Shown: in pieces, positions 27,065 to 36,829 of the stretch | Layout of the letters: each line of letters opens with the position of its first letter | How positions within the stretch are numbered: the stretch's first letter is position 1 | Assembly: GCA_964483115.1 (NCBI GenBank) | Contig: CAYZZF010000003.1 | Span: forward strand, 2,772-66,771 | Direction of reading: 5' to 3' | Length of the DNA: 64,000 nucleotides | Source: an uncultured Gammaproteobacteria bacterium | GTDB lineage: Bacteria > Patescibacteriota > Microgenomatia > Levybacterales > UBA12049 | Position numbers and translations under genes: made by a program | The notes under the pieces: generated by a model | Database searches by the model: none | Seen by the model: only the letters and a program-made list of their open reading frames with translations | What the model was told of the DNA's origin: nothing

Positions 27065-27527
27065 AATAATAGTTACTATTGCATCCTGTTCCGCTTCCGT
27101 CCGGAGACGTAGTTGTGCCTTGAGAATCATTGGTGTTTTCAAGACACGCGCCTAGAATATAAGTTATGCCATCATTGCTTGAGTAATAGTACATACCGCT
27201 ATTATAATAAGAACTTCCGTTGGGATCACAAGGAATTTTTTGCATATAAGTGGTGGGTGGACTTCCGGCAGTCATAGCAGATCCACAGGCAGGTAGCGAT
27301 GATGGATAGCTTCCCTCATCCGCTCTGTAAAATTCCAGTGCTGACTGTATCTGACGAAGGTCAGACTTTCTTTGACTATCTCTTGCTCTCTGCCGAACGC
27401 CAATAAAATTTACAAAAAGAATACTCGCCAAAACTCCGATAATTGCAATAACAACCAAAAGCTCAATTAGAGTGAATCCTCCGTTGAGATTTGAGATTTG
27501 AGATTTGAGATTTGAGATTTTCTTCAT
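27045..27527 (-). CDS. Type IV pilin
   Basis: GG|FTLIELLVVIAIIGVLA, then RARDSQRKSDLRQIQSALEFY. The leader carries (TGAGATT)x4 heptamer repeats. Confidence 0.7.
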   Translation of the reverse strand: MKKISNLKSQISNLNGGFTLIELLVVIAIIGVLASILFVNFIGVRQRARDSQRKSDLRQIQSALEFYRADEGSYPSSLPACGSAMTAGSPPTTYMQKIPCDPNGSSYYNSGMYYYSSNDGITYILGACLENTNDSQGTTTSPDGSGTGCNSNYYYVLTNP

Positions 27528-28138
27528 GGTGTTACATTTGAACTTGTTGCTCCATAATTACAAATATAACTCGAGGAGGATCCACAGTAAACACCGACTG
27601 GAACATTAGTACATTGTGCTCCTTGATTGCACGCCTGAGGATCTTGTGCGCCTCGCTCTAAAGATGTATAAAGATAGTATGATTGCGCTCCTGTTGTAGG
27701 AGAGGAGTAATACACGTAATTTTGTGAAGAAAGTGGATCATTGGGAACAGAATTTATGTATGGACTAAAATTAGTGGTAGAAAGAGTTGATCCCCAAACT
27801 ACACAATTTCCATCCAACCTTTTTATTCTAAAATCAGTAGCTGTACACTGAGGAGGATAATACCCAAAATCGTTGTAGTATGTCTCTAATGCCCTTTGAA
27901 TTTGCGCCAGATCTGATTTTCGCTGAGCATCTCTTGCTTTCATCAATTGCCCCACTGGGTTTATAATTGTAAACAAAAAGACTGCCATAATCCCCAGTAT
28001 CGCTATTACCAATAACAGCTCAACTAGGGTAAAACCATAAAAATTATTTTTTCTGAAAGAAAGTAGCTTAAAAAGGTTCCAAGAGCCAAAAATGGGCCGA
28101 AAGGAATTGTTGCGATTTTTAACCTCTTTTTCTTCCAC
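27524..28138 (-). CDS. Type IV pilin
   Basis: YG|FTLVELLLVIAILGIMA, then ARDAQRKSDLAQIQRALETYY. Long leader. Overlaps the 3' end of pilD, so the true start may be internal or non-ATG. Confidence 0.6.
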   Translation of the reverse strand: MEEKEVKNRNNSFRPIFGSWNLFKLLSFRKNNFYGFTLVELLLVIAILGIMAVFLFTIINPVGQLMKARDAQRKSDLAQIQRALETYYNDFGYYPPQCTATDFRIKRLDGNCVVWGSTLSTTNFSPYINSVPNDPLSSQNYVYYSSPTTGAQSYYLYTSLERGAQDPQACNQGAQCTNVPVGVYCGSSSSYICNYGATSSNVTP

Positions 28139-28818
28139 ATAATTAGTATGAGGCCAGCAACTGCTCCTGTCAAGAAGGCTATATATAAAGCTATGATAAT
28201 CTTTGGAAATCCTAGCAGCAATCCCAAAAAAAAGACAAGTTTAACATCTCCTAAACCCATCCCTCTACCTTTGGTAATAAAGTATAAAAATAAAAAGAAT
28301 AGAAACACACCAATTGAGGAGACAATATTAGATATCAAGATATTAGAATGTAAGAATATTAAGTAAAGAAAGGAGATCGCAATTGCTGGGTAAACAATTT
28401 TATCTGGGATAATGCCATATTTAAGATCGGTAAAAAAAATTACTATCAAAGAGGAAACAATAAACCAATAATACAGGGCATCAATCATATACTTGATAGT
28501 TAACACTTGATACCCAATACTTATTTGGGGTAATAGATAAACAGCCGATATAAATAAAACTGCCGTTATTAATTCGACAATGGGATAATAAACGGAGATA
28601 GAAGAGTGACAAAGCCTACATTTACCTCTTAGAAGAAAAAATGAAAGAATGGGAATCATATCAAACCAGACAAGTTTTTTTCTGCACTTGTCACAATACG
28701 ATCTTCCTTTAAAAGGGGACTCATCATTCGGAAGACGATCAATAAGAACATTTAAAAAGCTCCCTACTGCAAGACCTAGAATGAATGATAAAGAAATGAA
28801 TGATAAAGAAAACAACAC
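28024..28818 (-). CDS. pilD: Prepilin peptidase (A24 family)
   Basis: N-terminal CxxC...CxxC zinc motif (CDKCRKK...CRLCH) and polytopic peptidase_A24 helices. Confidence 0.75.
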   Translation of the reverse strand: MLFSLSFISLSFILGLAVGSFLNVLIDRLPNDESPFKGRSYCDKCRKKLVWFDMIPILSFFLLRGKCRLCHSSISVYYPIVELITAVLFISAVYLLPQISIGYQVLTIKYMIDALYYWFIVSSLIVIFFTDLKYGIIPDKIVYPAIAISFLYLIFLHSNILISNIVSSIGVFLFFLFLYFITKGRGMGLGDVKLVFFLGLLLGFPKIIIALYIAFLTGAVAGLILIMWKKKRLKIATIPFGPFLALGTFLSYFLSEKIIFMVLP

Positions 28819-28918
28819 TATTTATAGAATAGCATAAAACAATACAGTCAAAACAAAAACAGCTTAAATAATATGAATACTATAATATGAGTACTATAGT
28901 GTACTATTATATTTTTGA

Positions 28919-28977
28919 ATGTAGCGAGTCTGTTTCACCTTAGTCTGTTTCACCTTCCAAGTGAAATAGCTTCGCTA
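28919..28977. repeat. REP-like structured repeat left of the RAYT gene
   Basis: GTAGCGAG...CTTCGCTAC outer stem enclosing two GTCTGTTTCACCTT copies and a CACCTTCCAAGTGAAA hairpin. Confidence 0.5.
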
Positions 28978-28998
28978 CCTGTTACTATCTTAAGAAAC

Positions 28999-29664
28999 TT
29001 ACTCTAAAACTAGATGTTTTATTTCTTCTAATCTTCTTCCGTAATCAATATTATCCAAAAGAAATTCCTTATAATCATCTAATGTTTTGAATTGCTCAAG
29101 GATTGTATCAGCTAGAACCAAACCAGATCTTCCTGCTAAAAAATCTGGTAATGATGACCATGAATAAGATAATAAATCCTGCTCATCAACGACGGTTGAA
29201 ACAACTGGGTTCAAATGAATATACCGGGAAACATGCAATAATTGCTCATTGGATTCTATATGAGAGGATTTAAATACACCTTGAAATACAGGTCCAATTC
29301 TATTGTATTTAGTATTGAAATATTTAGTATAGCTATTCGTAAATTTACTAAGAAATGTAGAGATTCCTTTGTCTTTAGTTTGTCTTAGAAGAAAATGGAA
29401 ATGATTCGGCATAAAAACAAAAGAAATTATTTCAACAAATTTTTCGCTTTTTTCCATATCCGAAATTATTCGATTGCGTTCTTCTTGAGAAAACTTCTTA
29501 AATCTCGAAAGCCTCACAGGCGGAGAAATAAAACGGTAATAGGATAGTGTTAGAAGAGCTTGTTTATAATCATTTTTGTTTAAAAATGTCGGTTGACGCG
29601 CAACTCCACGATTAAAAATATGATAATATTCTTCATTTACTAAAGGGGTAGATCTGTAAGACAC
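28999..29664 (-). mobile_element. IS200/IS605-family Y1 (HuH) transposase, REP-associated tyrosine transposase (RAYT)-like
   Basis: YHIFNRGV, HuH motif MPNHFHFLL, catalytic-Tyr region SRYIHLNPV, and C-terminal YSWSS. Matches the TnpA_REP/RAYT pattern. Flanked by REP-like hairpins. Confidence 0.7.
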
Positions 29665-29710
29665 ATTCTAAAATTAGCAGAATATTAAGATTGTGTCAAC
29701 AGGTGACGAG

Positions 29711-29752
29711 GCTGTTTCACCTTCCAGGTGTAATAAATCAGGTGTAATAAAT
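29711..29752. repeat. REP-like repeat right of the RAYT gene
   Basis: GCTGTTTCACCTTCCAGGTG has a CACC-TTCCA-GGTG hairpin and is a near-copy of the left-flank core. Followed by a CAGGTGTAATAAAT direct repeat. Confidence 0.5.
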
Positions 29753-29939
29753 GGAATAAAGAGATTCTTGCCGAATTATCTCTAGATCAGATTTTACAAT
29801 TTCAAGAAGATTTATAAGGTCGGGCCTCGTTGACTTCTGTTCTGGACGATGAAAATAAAAAATTAAAAGATTATTTTAATAAAGTAAAACCTTCGGGGGG
29901 GGTCGTAAAACTGAAACAGAGATTTTACAACAAGTATAT

Positions 29940-30557
29940 TTATGGAGTAAAAGGCCCTTCCGACATAGTTCCGCTAACAGGATTAGTTCCTGCACCCACA
30001 GCGCTCATGCATGCTACCTGCACTAAACCTTTTGATGAATCAAAGTAAACTATACCTTGGCTTTTCGAACAAGGTGTCCCTGTACCGGTTGCTTTTAATA
30101 ATTCGTTGTTTGATTCAACTGTGGTCCAAATTGCAAATTTAGTAGGAGTAGCACTATCAACTGCATAGCAGATATTTACTTGAACATCACTTGTTAAGGT
30201 TCCACCAGCACAAGGTGTCCCCCCTGTTATGTCTGGCAAGGATACGACATTAGTTATATCCTTTGAAGCCGTTAAAACATTTTGCCAAGTACCTGGAGTA
30301 GCGGTACCGTCAACTACAGGAATAACCGAATTGTTTGAAGTTACATAATTAGACATACTCTTTCCCAGACCTTCCACAGCAGAAATTCTATTTGCGTCTC
30401 TTCCTCGAGCTAATTGTTCCACAGGGTTAATAGCTAGAAGGACAATTGCTGCAAGAACCCCTATGACCGCGATAACCACTAGAAGTTCTATCAACGTAAA
30501 ACCTTTTTTTGAAGTTAAAAGTAAAAGATTAAATAATTTCTTAAAAGAACTTTTCAT
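29940..30557 (-). CDS. Type IV pilin (candidate major pilin)
   Basis: KKG|FTLIELLVVIAVIGVLAAIV. Has its own near-consensus promoter. Lies adjacent to pilC/T/B. Confidence 0.7.
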   Translation of the reverse strand: MKSSFKKLFNLLLLTSKKGFTLIELLVVIAVIGVLAAIVLLAINPVEQLARGRDANRISAVEGLGKSMSNYVTSNNSVIPVVDGTATPGTWQNVLTASKDITNVVSLPDITGGTPCAGGTLTSDVQVNICYAVDSATPTKFAIWTTVESNNELLKATGTGTPCSKSQGIVYFDSSKGLVQVACMSAVGAGTNPVSGTMSEGPFTP

Positions 30558-30573
30558 TTTTTTGTATATATTT

Positions 30574-30603
30574 AGTATAGGCAGATAATTTTAGACTTGT
30601 CAA
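30574..30603 (-). promoter_or_regulatory. Sigma70-like promoter (TTGACA, 18-nt spacer, TATACT) for the pilin gene
   Basis: Minus-strand read: cTTGACAagtctaaaattatctgccTATACTaaatatatacaaaaaATG. Confidence 0.5.
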
Positions 30604-30646
30604 GGAGGTAAAATAAGGCTAATCTTCGTAAAAGTCAGCAGTAAAT

Positions 30647-31852
30647 TTAGCGAATCGACGATATCAAACTATAAATTGGGACAATAACTGATATGAGCAA
30701 AAATGCAACCCCAACACCTAAAACCACTATTATAATAGGTTCAAGAGCAGTTGTTAATGTTTTAATTATTTGATCCGTCTCTCTTTCAAAATATTCAGAG
30801 GCTTTCATTAATGTTTCATCAAGTTTTCCTGTTTCTTCTCCGATTTTTATTAATTGAATAAGAAGAGGGGGGAAAATAGGATATGCGGATATTGCTTCTC
30901 CTATTTTTACTCCGTTCTCTACCTTCTTTGCTATATCCTTCACTGCATCTTTATAATGTATATTTCCTAAAGTATCAGCAGTTTCAAGAAGAGAATCCAC
31001 AACTAAACTGCCACTTCCCACCAAAAGACCAAAAGTTCTTGAAAATTCAGTAAGTATCAATTTTTTGTTAAGGTTACCAAAGACTGGTAATTTTAATAAA
31101 AAATTATCTATCAAAAGCTGTCCAGCTTCTGTCTTATGCCATCTCCTGTAAAAAAAGATAGACAATATAACAATTCCTAAAAGTAAAGGCCAAAAAACTA
31201 TAGTAAATCTTGAAATACCAATAATAATCTGGGTGGGCAATGGGATCGAAACGTTAAGACTTTTATAAAGAGTTGAAAGCTGAGGAATAACAACAGTCAT
31301 CATAATAACCACAACCCCAACCATTAAAATTACAACTATGATTGGGTAAGTTAAAGCCCCTTTAACTGTATTTCTTAATTTCTCCTGCTTTTCTAAATTA
31401 TCTGCAAGTCTTGCAAGAGCTTTATCCAAAAGCCCTGCTGATTCCGCGGATTTGATGATAGCCACATAAATATTAGAAAAAACATTTGGATATTTAGCAA
31501 TTGCCGAAGATAAATTTTTTCCTTCCTCTATATCAGTAATTATGCTATTTACTACCTCAAGCATTGTCTGATTTTCTAGTTGTTCCTTAATTATTTCTAA
31601 AGAACGAATCAATGTAAGCCCTGAAGCAAGCATCGATGAAAGTTGCCGTGTAAAAACGACCACATCCAAATGTCCAATTTTATTATAAAATGGCAGCAGT
31701 TTTAAAAAAGAACTATCGCTTTGTCTTGCTATACGAATAGGGAATAGGTTTTTGCTTCGTAAATATGAAGCTGCTTCGCTAACATCGTTTGCATCAATTA
31801 ATCCCTGGATTATTCTATTATCTGTTGTTACTGCCCTATATTTAAGTTTCAT
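30647..31852 (-). CDS. pilC: Type IV pilus platform protein PilC (GspF family)
   Basis: Two T2SS_F repeats, three TM helices, and PilC-like conserved loops. Confidence 0.75.
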   Translation of the reverse strand: MKLKYRAVTTDNRIIQGLIDANDVSEAASYLRSKNLFPIRIARQSDSSFLKLLPFYNKIGHLDVVVFTRQLSSMLASGLTLIRSLEIIKEQLENQTMLEVVNSIITDIEEGKNLSSAIAKYPNVFSNIYVAIIKSAESAGLLDKALARLADNLEKQEKLRNTVKGALTYPIIVVILMVGVVVIMMTVVIPQLSTLYKSLNVSIPLPTQIIIGISRFTIVFWPLLLGIVILSIFFYRRWHKTEAGQLLIDNFLLKLPVFGNLNKKLILTEFSRTFGLLVGSGSLVVDSLLETADTLGNIHYKDAVKDIAKKVENGVKIGEAISAYPIFPPLLIQLIKIGEETGKLDETLMKASEYFERETDQIIKTLTTALEPIIIVVLGVGVAFLLISVIVPIYSLISSIR

Positions 31853-31855
31853 AAC

Positions 31856-32920
31856 TTATCCTATTAATCTAAATAATTCTTCTTGCCTTACGGCGTAGCT
31901 TTTTGCTGTTTCTAGGCTGATTGAGCCTGAAAGGACTAGAGCAGCCAAAGAGGACTCAAGCGGAATCATTCCCATCTCTTGAGAGTTCTGTATTATTGAA
32001 TCTATAAGATGTGTCTTTCCTTCTCTTATATTACTTGCAACTGCAGGTGTACCAATAAGAACTTCAGCAGCCGGTATCCTCCCACCGTTAATTTGCGGCA
32101 ATAGGCGCTGGGAGACAATCCCTTTTAGGGTTGCGGCAAGCTGAACTTTTATTTGATTTTGTTGAGTTGCGGAAAATGCATCGATGATTCTGTCTATGCT
32201 TTGTGCGGCTGAATTTGTATGAAGAGTTGAGAAAACTAGATGACCGGTCTCTGCAATTGTAATAGCCGATGCAATCGTCTCAGGATCTCTCATCTCTCCA
32301 ACCAAAACTACATCGGGATCTTCTCTAAGAGCCGACCGGAGGGCTGCCGCCCAAGAATTACTATCAAGGCCCATTTCTCGTTGCGATATAATACTTTTTT
32401 CTTTAGGATAAACATATTCAATGGGATCCTCAATTGCTAAAATATGCAAAGACTTATTTAAATTTATCTCATTTATAATCGCCGCAAGGGTGGTCGATTT
32501 ACCATGACCAGTAGGTCCTGTAACCAAAATAAAGCCTTGTTTTAAAGCTGAAAAATTATGGAGAATTTTTGGTAAATGGAGCTCTTCTATTGTCCTTATC
32601 TTTGGCTCAAGAAATCTAAATTCAGCACTTACGTATCCCTTTTGGTAATAAACATTTACTCTAAATCTACCTAGTTCTTCGCCTTCTCTTCCAAAACCAA
32701 AAGAAAAATCAAGTTCCTTATCGGCAAGAAACCGATCTCTCTGGTATTGATTGAGAAGTGAAAAAACCATTGTTGAAACTACATCAGCTGTCAATACAGA
32801 ATAATTCGAGAGATAAGTTAAGACCCCGTCTATACGAAGCGCTGGTGGAATACCAGGGATTAAATGCAGATCCGACGCCTTATTCTCAACTGTTAAACGT
32901 AATAAGTCCTGAATATCCAT
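31856..32920 (-). CDS. pilT: Twitching-motility retraction ATPase PilT
   Basis: Walker A GPTGHGKSTT, Asp box, Walker B, His box. About 350 aa, which is PilT-sized. Confidence 0.8.
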   Translation of the reverse strand: MDIQDLLRLTVENKASDLHLIPGIPPALRIDGVLTYLSNYSVLTADVVSTMVFSLLNQYQRDRFLADKELDFSFGFGREGEELGRFRVNVYYQKGYVSAEFRFLEPKIRTIEELHLPKILHNFSALKQGFILVTGPTGHGKSTTLAAIINEINLNKSLHILAIEDPIEYVYPKEKSIISQREMGLDSNSWAAALRSALREDPDVVLVGEMRDPETIASAITIAETGHLVFSTLHTNSAAQSIDRIIDAFSATQQNQIKVQLAATLKGIVSQRLLPQINGGRIPAAEVLIGTPAVASNIREGKTHLIDSIIQNSQEMGMIPLESSLAALVLSGSISLETAKSYAVRQEELFRLIG

Positions 32921-32997
32921 AGACTCCCTTCGGTCATAATAAACAAATACTTCAAATATTAAAATATTTGTTTATGGTAGTATTGGTATTATTTTCA

Positions 32998-34731
32998 TTA
33001 TTCTTGTGCTACCCTTATAACTTCTTCTGGTGTTGTAATACCTTGAAGAACCTTAAGATATCCATCTTGTTTCATGGTTATCATTCCTTCTAAAATTGCC
33101 TCCTTTTCAAGTGCGCTACTATTGGGGTGTTCTAATATTAAGTTAGCAATCTTGATAGACACTGGCAGAACCTCGAAAATTCCAATTCTTCCAAAATAAC
33201 CTGAATTCCCACACTTGTCGCACCCTCTTCCTCTGTAAAGTTTTATTTCAGTATCAGTATTAATAGGGAATAATCTTCCAAGTACAGTTTTCATTTCCGA
33301 AATTATTTGGTTCGGTGGCACATACGACTCCCTACAATAATGACAGACTCTTCGAACAATTCGCTGCCCTACTATTGCATTCATTGTCGAGGAAAGCAAG
33401 AATGGCTCTGCTTTTAGATCAATTAGACGAGGTAACGCACCCGCAGCATCTGAAGTGTGAAGAGTTGAAAAAACTAGATGACCGGTTAACGACGCTTGAA
33501 TAGCAAGTTCGGTTGTCTCGCCATCTCTTATCTCGCCAACCAGTATGATGTTTGGGTCTTGGCGAAGAAAAGACCTAAGCCCCATTGCAAAAGTAAGACC
33601 CACAGCTGGATTAATCTGGACTTGATTAATCCCTGCCATCTGATACTCAATTGGATCCTCAAGCGTCATTATATTAACCCTTGTTGTATTTAATTTTTCC
33701 AAAACCGAGTATAGAGTAGTGGTTTTACCACTTCCGGTTGGTCCGCAAACAATTATAATTCCATGGGGCCTAAGGATTGCGGTCTCCAGATTCTTTAGAG
33801 ATGCTCCGTTTAAACCAAGTTCCTGAAGAGTCGGGATAGCTCCTGATTTTTTAAGAAGCCTAATCACAATTTTTTCTCCAAAAGTGGTAGGCATAACAGA
33901 AATACGAAGATCAACCTCATTTTTCTCGACCTTAAAATTAAAACGGCCATCTTGAGGAATACGATGCTCATCAATCTTCATGTTTGAAAGAATTTTTATT
34001 CGTGAGATAACTGCTTCCTGCACAGTTTTGGGTAAACTCAACTTATCGTACAGAATGCCATCGATTCTATACCTTACTCTAATTCTATCTTCCTGCGGTT
34101 CTATATGAACGTCAGAGGCTCGGCTTGAAACAGCATATTCCAAAATTGTTGAAACAATCTTGGCAATAGGCGCTTCTTTTATAATCTCTGCTATTTGTCT
34201 GCTATCAATAGTTCGCGGCTTATTGTACTCTTCTGATTCCTTTAATGCCTCGCCAACTTCTCCAACAATTTCTCGATGATATTGCTGCTCTATAGCACTT
34301 CTAACATCGTTTTCTGGGGCTGCAAAAGATTTTATATTAAGTCCTGTTTTTTGCCTAACGAACTGCAGCGCTTCTAAATCAGTGGGGTGGGCCATTGCCA
34401 CCGAAAGAGTCCTTGTCTTTTCCTCATAAAAAAATGGGATTAGAAGAAATCTTTCGGCAACCGCACGAGGAATAAGATTAAGAGCAACAGGGGAAAAAGA
34501 AGTCATGGAAAGCAAAATAAATGGCACTCCAAGTAATCTTGCTTTTGCTTCTGTAATTTTTTCTGGAGCAACGATATTAAAAGAGGCAACAATATCCTCA
34601 TAAGACTTGCCCTGACTTGCGCTTTTTACTTTTATGTCCTCATATTGAGCAGGGGTCAATAAATGCTCAGAAAGCAAAATATCAAGTATGTTTTTGTTCT
34701 CTGGTGTTGTAGTAAAATCACGGGCAGGCAT
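32998..34731 (-). CDS. pilB: Type IV pilus extension ATPase PilB (GspE family)
   Basis: N-terminal GSPII domain. Walker A GPTGSGKTTT. Tetracysteine zinc motif CHYC...CDKC. Confidence 0.8.
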   Translation of the reverse strand: MPARDFTTTPENKNILDILLSEHLLTPAQYEDIKVKSASQGKSYEDIVASFNIVAPEKITEAKARLLGVPFILLSMTSFSPVALNLIPRAVAERFLLIPFFYEEKTRTLSVAMAHPTDLEALQFVRQKTGLNIKSFAAPENDVRSAIEQQYHREIVGEVGEALKESEEYNKPRTIDSRQIAEIIKEAPIAKIVSTILEYAVSSRASDVHIEPQEDRIRVRYRIDGILYDKLSLPKTVQEAVISRIKILSNMKIDEHRIPQDGRFNFKVEKNEVDLRISVMPTTFGEKIVIRLLKKSGAIPTLQELGLNGASLKNLETAILRPHGIIIVCGPTGSGKTTTLYSVLEKLNTTRVNIMTLEDPIEYQMAGINQVQINPAVGLTFAMGLRSFLRQDPNIILVGEIRDGETTELAIQASLTGHLVFSTLHTSDAAGALPRLIDLKAEPFLLSSTMNAIVGQRIVRRVCHYCRESYVPPNQIISEMKTVLGRLFPINTDTEIKLYRGRGCDKCGNSGYFGRIGIFEVLPVSIKIANLILEHPNSSALEKEAILEGMITMKQDGYLKVLQGITTPEEVIRVAQE

Positions 34732-34871
34732 TACTTCTATAGTAAGGAAAAATCAGTTATAATGTCAAGGAGCGGAGACGACACAGACCCGTCAAAAATC
34801 CAAGTATGAGCCGTATTAAAATAGAATTAAAAAGACAAATGCTAAGGTTTGACGGGTCAACACCTTAATTT

Positions 34872-35555
34872 ATGCAGTCAATTCTAATCACATCAAAAAA
34901 CAAAAAAAACTCACATAAACACGCGGCATGGATAGCAAGTAATAACAAAATCGATAATTTAGATATTGATATTGTGAGTTTTGAAAAAATAATAGGCATT
35001 GAGGATATAAGAGCTCTACAAAAGAGACTTTTTCTAAAACCAATAAAAGGTAATGTAAAAGCAGCTATTATAGAAGCGTATGAAGGACTAACGATTGAAG
35101 CTCAAAATGCGCTCTTAAAGGTACTGGAAGAGCCGCCTGAAAATACTATTATAATAGTAACAATTCCAAACAAAAACCTTCTCTTGCCAACAATCCTCTC
35201 AAGATGCAAAATAATTGAACTTAAAGAGGAGTTTAAAGAGCCCACAGAAAAAGAAATATCTCAATATCTTAATATTTTAATATCTTTACCAAAAAGTAGT
35301 ATGGGGGAGAAACTTAAACTTGCTCAAGATTTTGGAAAAAGCAGAGAGGACGCAATAATTTGGCTTGAGCAAATGTCAGTTGTTGTTCGTAAAAGTTTAA
35401 TTAATTCTATAAAAAATAATTCCTCAATAAGGCAGGAATTTTCAGCTTCAGGGTATTTAAATATTTTAAAACTCCTAGAAGAAACTTATACTGCTATTAA
35501 AACTACTAATGTAAACCAACGCTTTGCCCTAGAAAATCTTTTTCTATCACTTTAA
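34872..35555 (+). CDS. holB: DNA polymerase III delta'-like protein (HolB-like, no Walker A)
   Basis: EAQNALLKVLEEPP and LLPTILSRC sensor motifs of clamp-loader delta'. The N-terminal ATP-binding region is not evident. Confidence 0.5.
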   Translation: MQSILITSKNKKNSHKHAAWIASNNKIDNLDIDIVSFEKIIGIEDIRALQKRLFLKPIKGNVKAAIIEAYEGLTIEAQNALLKVLEEPPENTIIIVTIPNKNLLLPTILSRCKIIELKEEFKEPTEKEISQYLNILISLPKSSMGEKLKLAQDFGKSREDAIIWLEQMSVVVRKSLINSIKNNSSIRQEFSASGYLNILKLLEETYTAIKTTNVNQRFALENLFLSL

Positions 35556-35557
35556 TT

Positions 35558-36829
35558 ATGATAATTAAAATTAAAAAACTGTTTTATTTCCCATTGGCTT
35601 ATTATTTTAGATTCTTTGCAAAAATTAGACTAAACCGATGGAAACCAAGAGTTATTATAATTACCGGCTCGAGTGGAAAAACAACCCTTTTAAATCTTGT
35701 GGAATCTCAAATAGAGAGTAGAGCAAAATACAGCCACCATACCAATAGCAGCTATGGAATTCCATTTAATATTTTGGGACTTGAAAGGAGAACTCTATCT
35801 TTAAGCGAATGGCCCTTTCTGTTTCTGTTTGCTCCTATAAAAATATTTACTCCGGTGCCGAAGAAAAAATTTTACATTGTTGAGGCTGATTGCGATAGGC
35901 CGAATGAAGGCAGGTTTCTAACAGCTCTGCTTAAACCCGAAGTCACCCTTTGGACCAATTCGACAAGAAGTCATAGCATGAATTTTGACCCGCAGGTAAA
36001 AAATGGAAAATTTAAGAGTGTCGAAAAAGCTATAGGATATGAATATGGTTATTTTATAGAAAATACATCTAAATTAGTGGTAACAAACGGCGACTCTGTA
36101 ATTATCAAAGGAGAACTTTCAAGAACTAAAGCAAAAGTAGTGTCTATCACAATAAAAAATCTTCAAAATTATAAGATATCACATGAAGGCACCGAATTCA
36201 AAAGCCAAGGAAAGATTTTTAGATTTAGACAACTTTTGCCAAAAGAAAATTTCTACACCTTAGAAATGTGTTTAAATCTTTTATCTTATCTGAGAATCCC
36301 GTCAGATGAATCATTCAGTAAATTTATTCTTCCCCCAGGAAGAAGTAGTTTGCTAAGTGGCATTAAAAATACCAAAATTATCGATAGCAGTTATAATGCC
36401 AATCTCGACTCTATGGCTGCAATTTTGGACATGTTTGATAAAATTCCAGCTGAAAAAAAATGGGCGATACTCGGAGACATGCTTGAGCAAGGACAAGAAG
36501 AAAAAGAAGAACATGAAAAACTGGCAAAGATAATATCCAGAATGCTATTTGACAGAATTATACTTATAGGTCCGCGGGTTTCCCGATACACTTATCCGGA
36601 ATTAAAAAAAATACTCAATAGAAAAGTCAAGATAGAAAAATTCGAAAAACCAAAAGAAGTACTTAATTATCTAAGATCAAATATCAAAGGCGGAGAGTTC
36701 TTACTCTTCAAAGGCGCACGATTTCTTGAGGGAGTAATAGAAAATTTACTTGTCGATAAAAAAGATGTCTTAAAACTGGCGAGGCGCGAAGAAGCCTGGG
36801 AGAAAAGAAGAAAGTCTTGGGGATTATGA
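35558..36829 (+). CDS. murF: Mur ligase family protein, MurF-like (UDP-MurNAc-tripeptide--D-Ala-D-Ala ligase)
   Basis: ATP-binding P-loop VIIITGSSGKTT. IDSSYNANLDSM matches the MurF DDSYNANP motif. Confidence 0.55.
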   Translation: MIIKIKKLFYFPLAYYFRFFAKIRLNRWKPRVIIITGSSGKTTLLNLVESQIESRAKYSHHTNSSYGIPFNILGLERRTLSLSEWPFLFLFAPIKIFTPVPKKKFYIVEADCDRPNEGRFLTALLKPEVTLWTNSTRSHSMNFDPQVKNGKFKSVEKAIGYEYGYFIENTSKLVVTNGDSVIIKGELSRTKAKVVSITIKNLQNYKISHEGTEFKSQGKIFRFRQLLPKENFYTLEMCLNLLSYLRIPSDESFSKFILPPGRSSLLSGIKNTKIIDSSYNANLDSMAAILDMFDKIPAEKKWAILGDMLEQGQEEKEEHEKLAKIISRMLFDRIILIGPRVSRYTYPELKKILNRKVKIEKFEKPKEVLNYLRSNIKGGEFLLFKGARFLEGVIENLLVDKKDVLKLARREEAWEKRRKSWGL

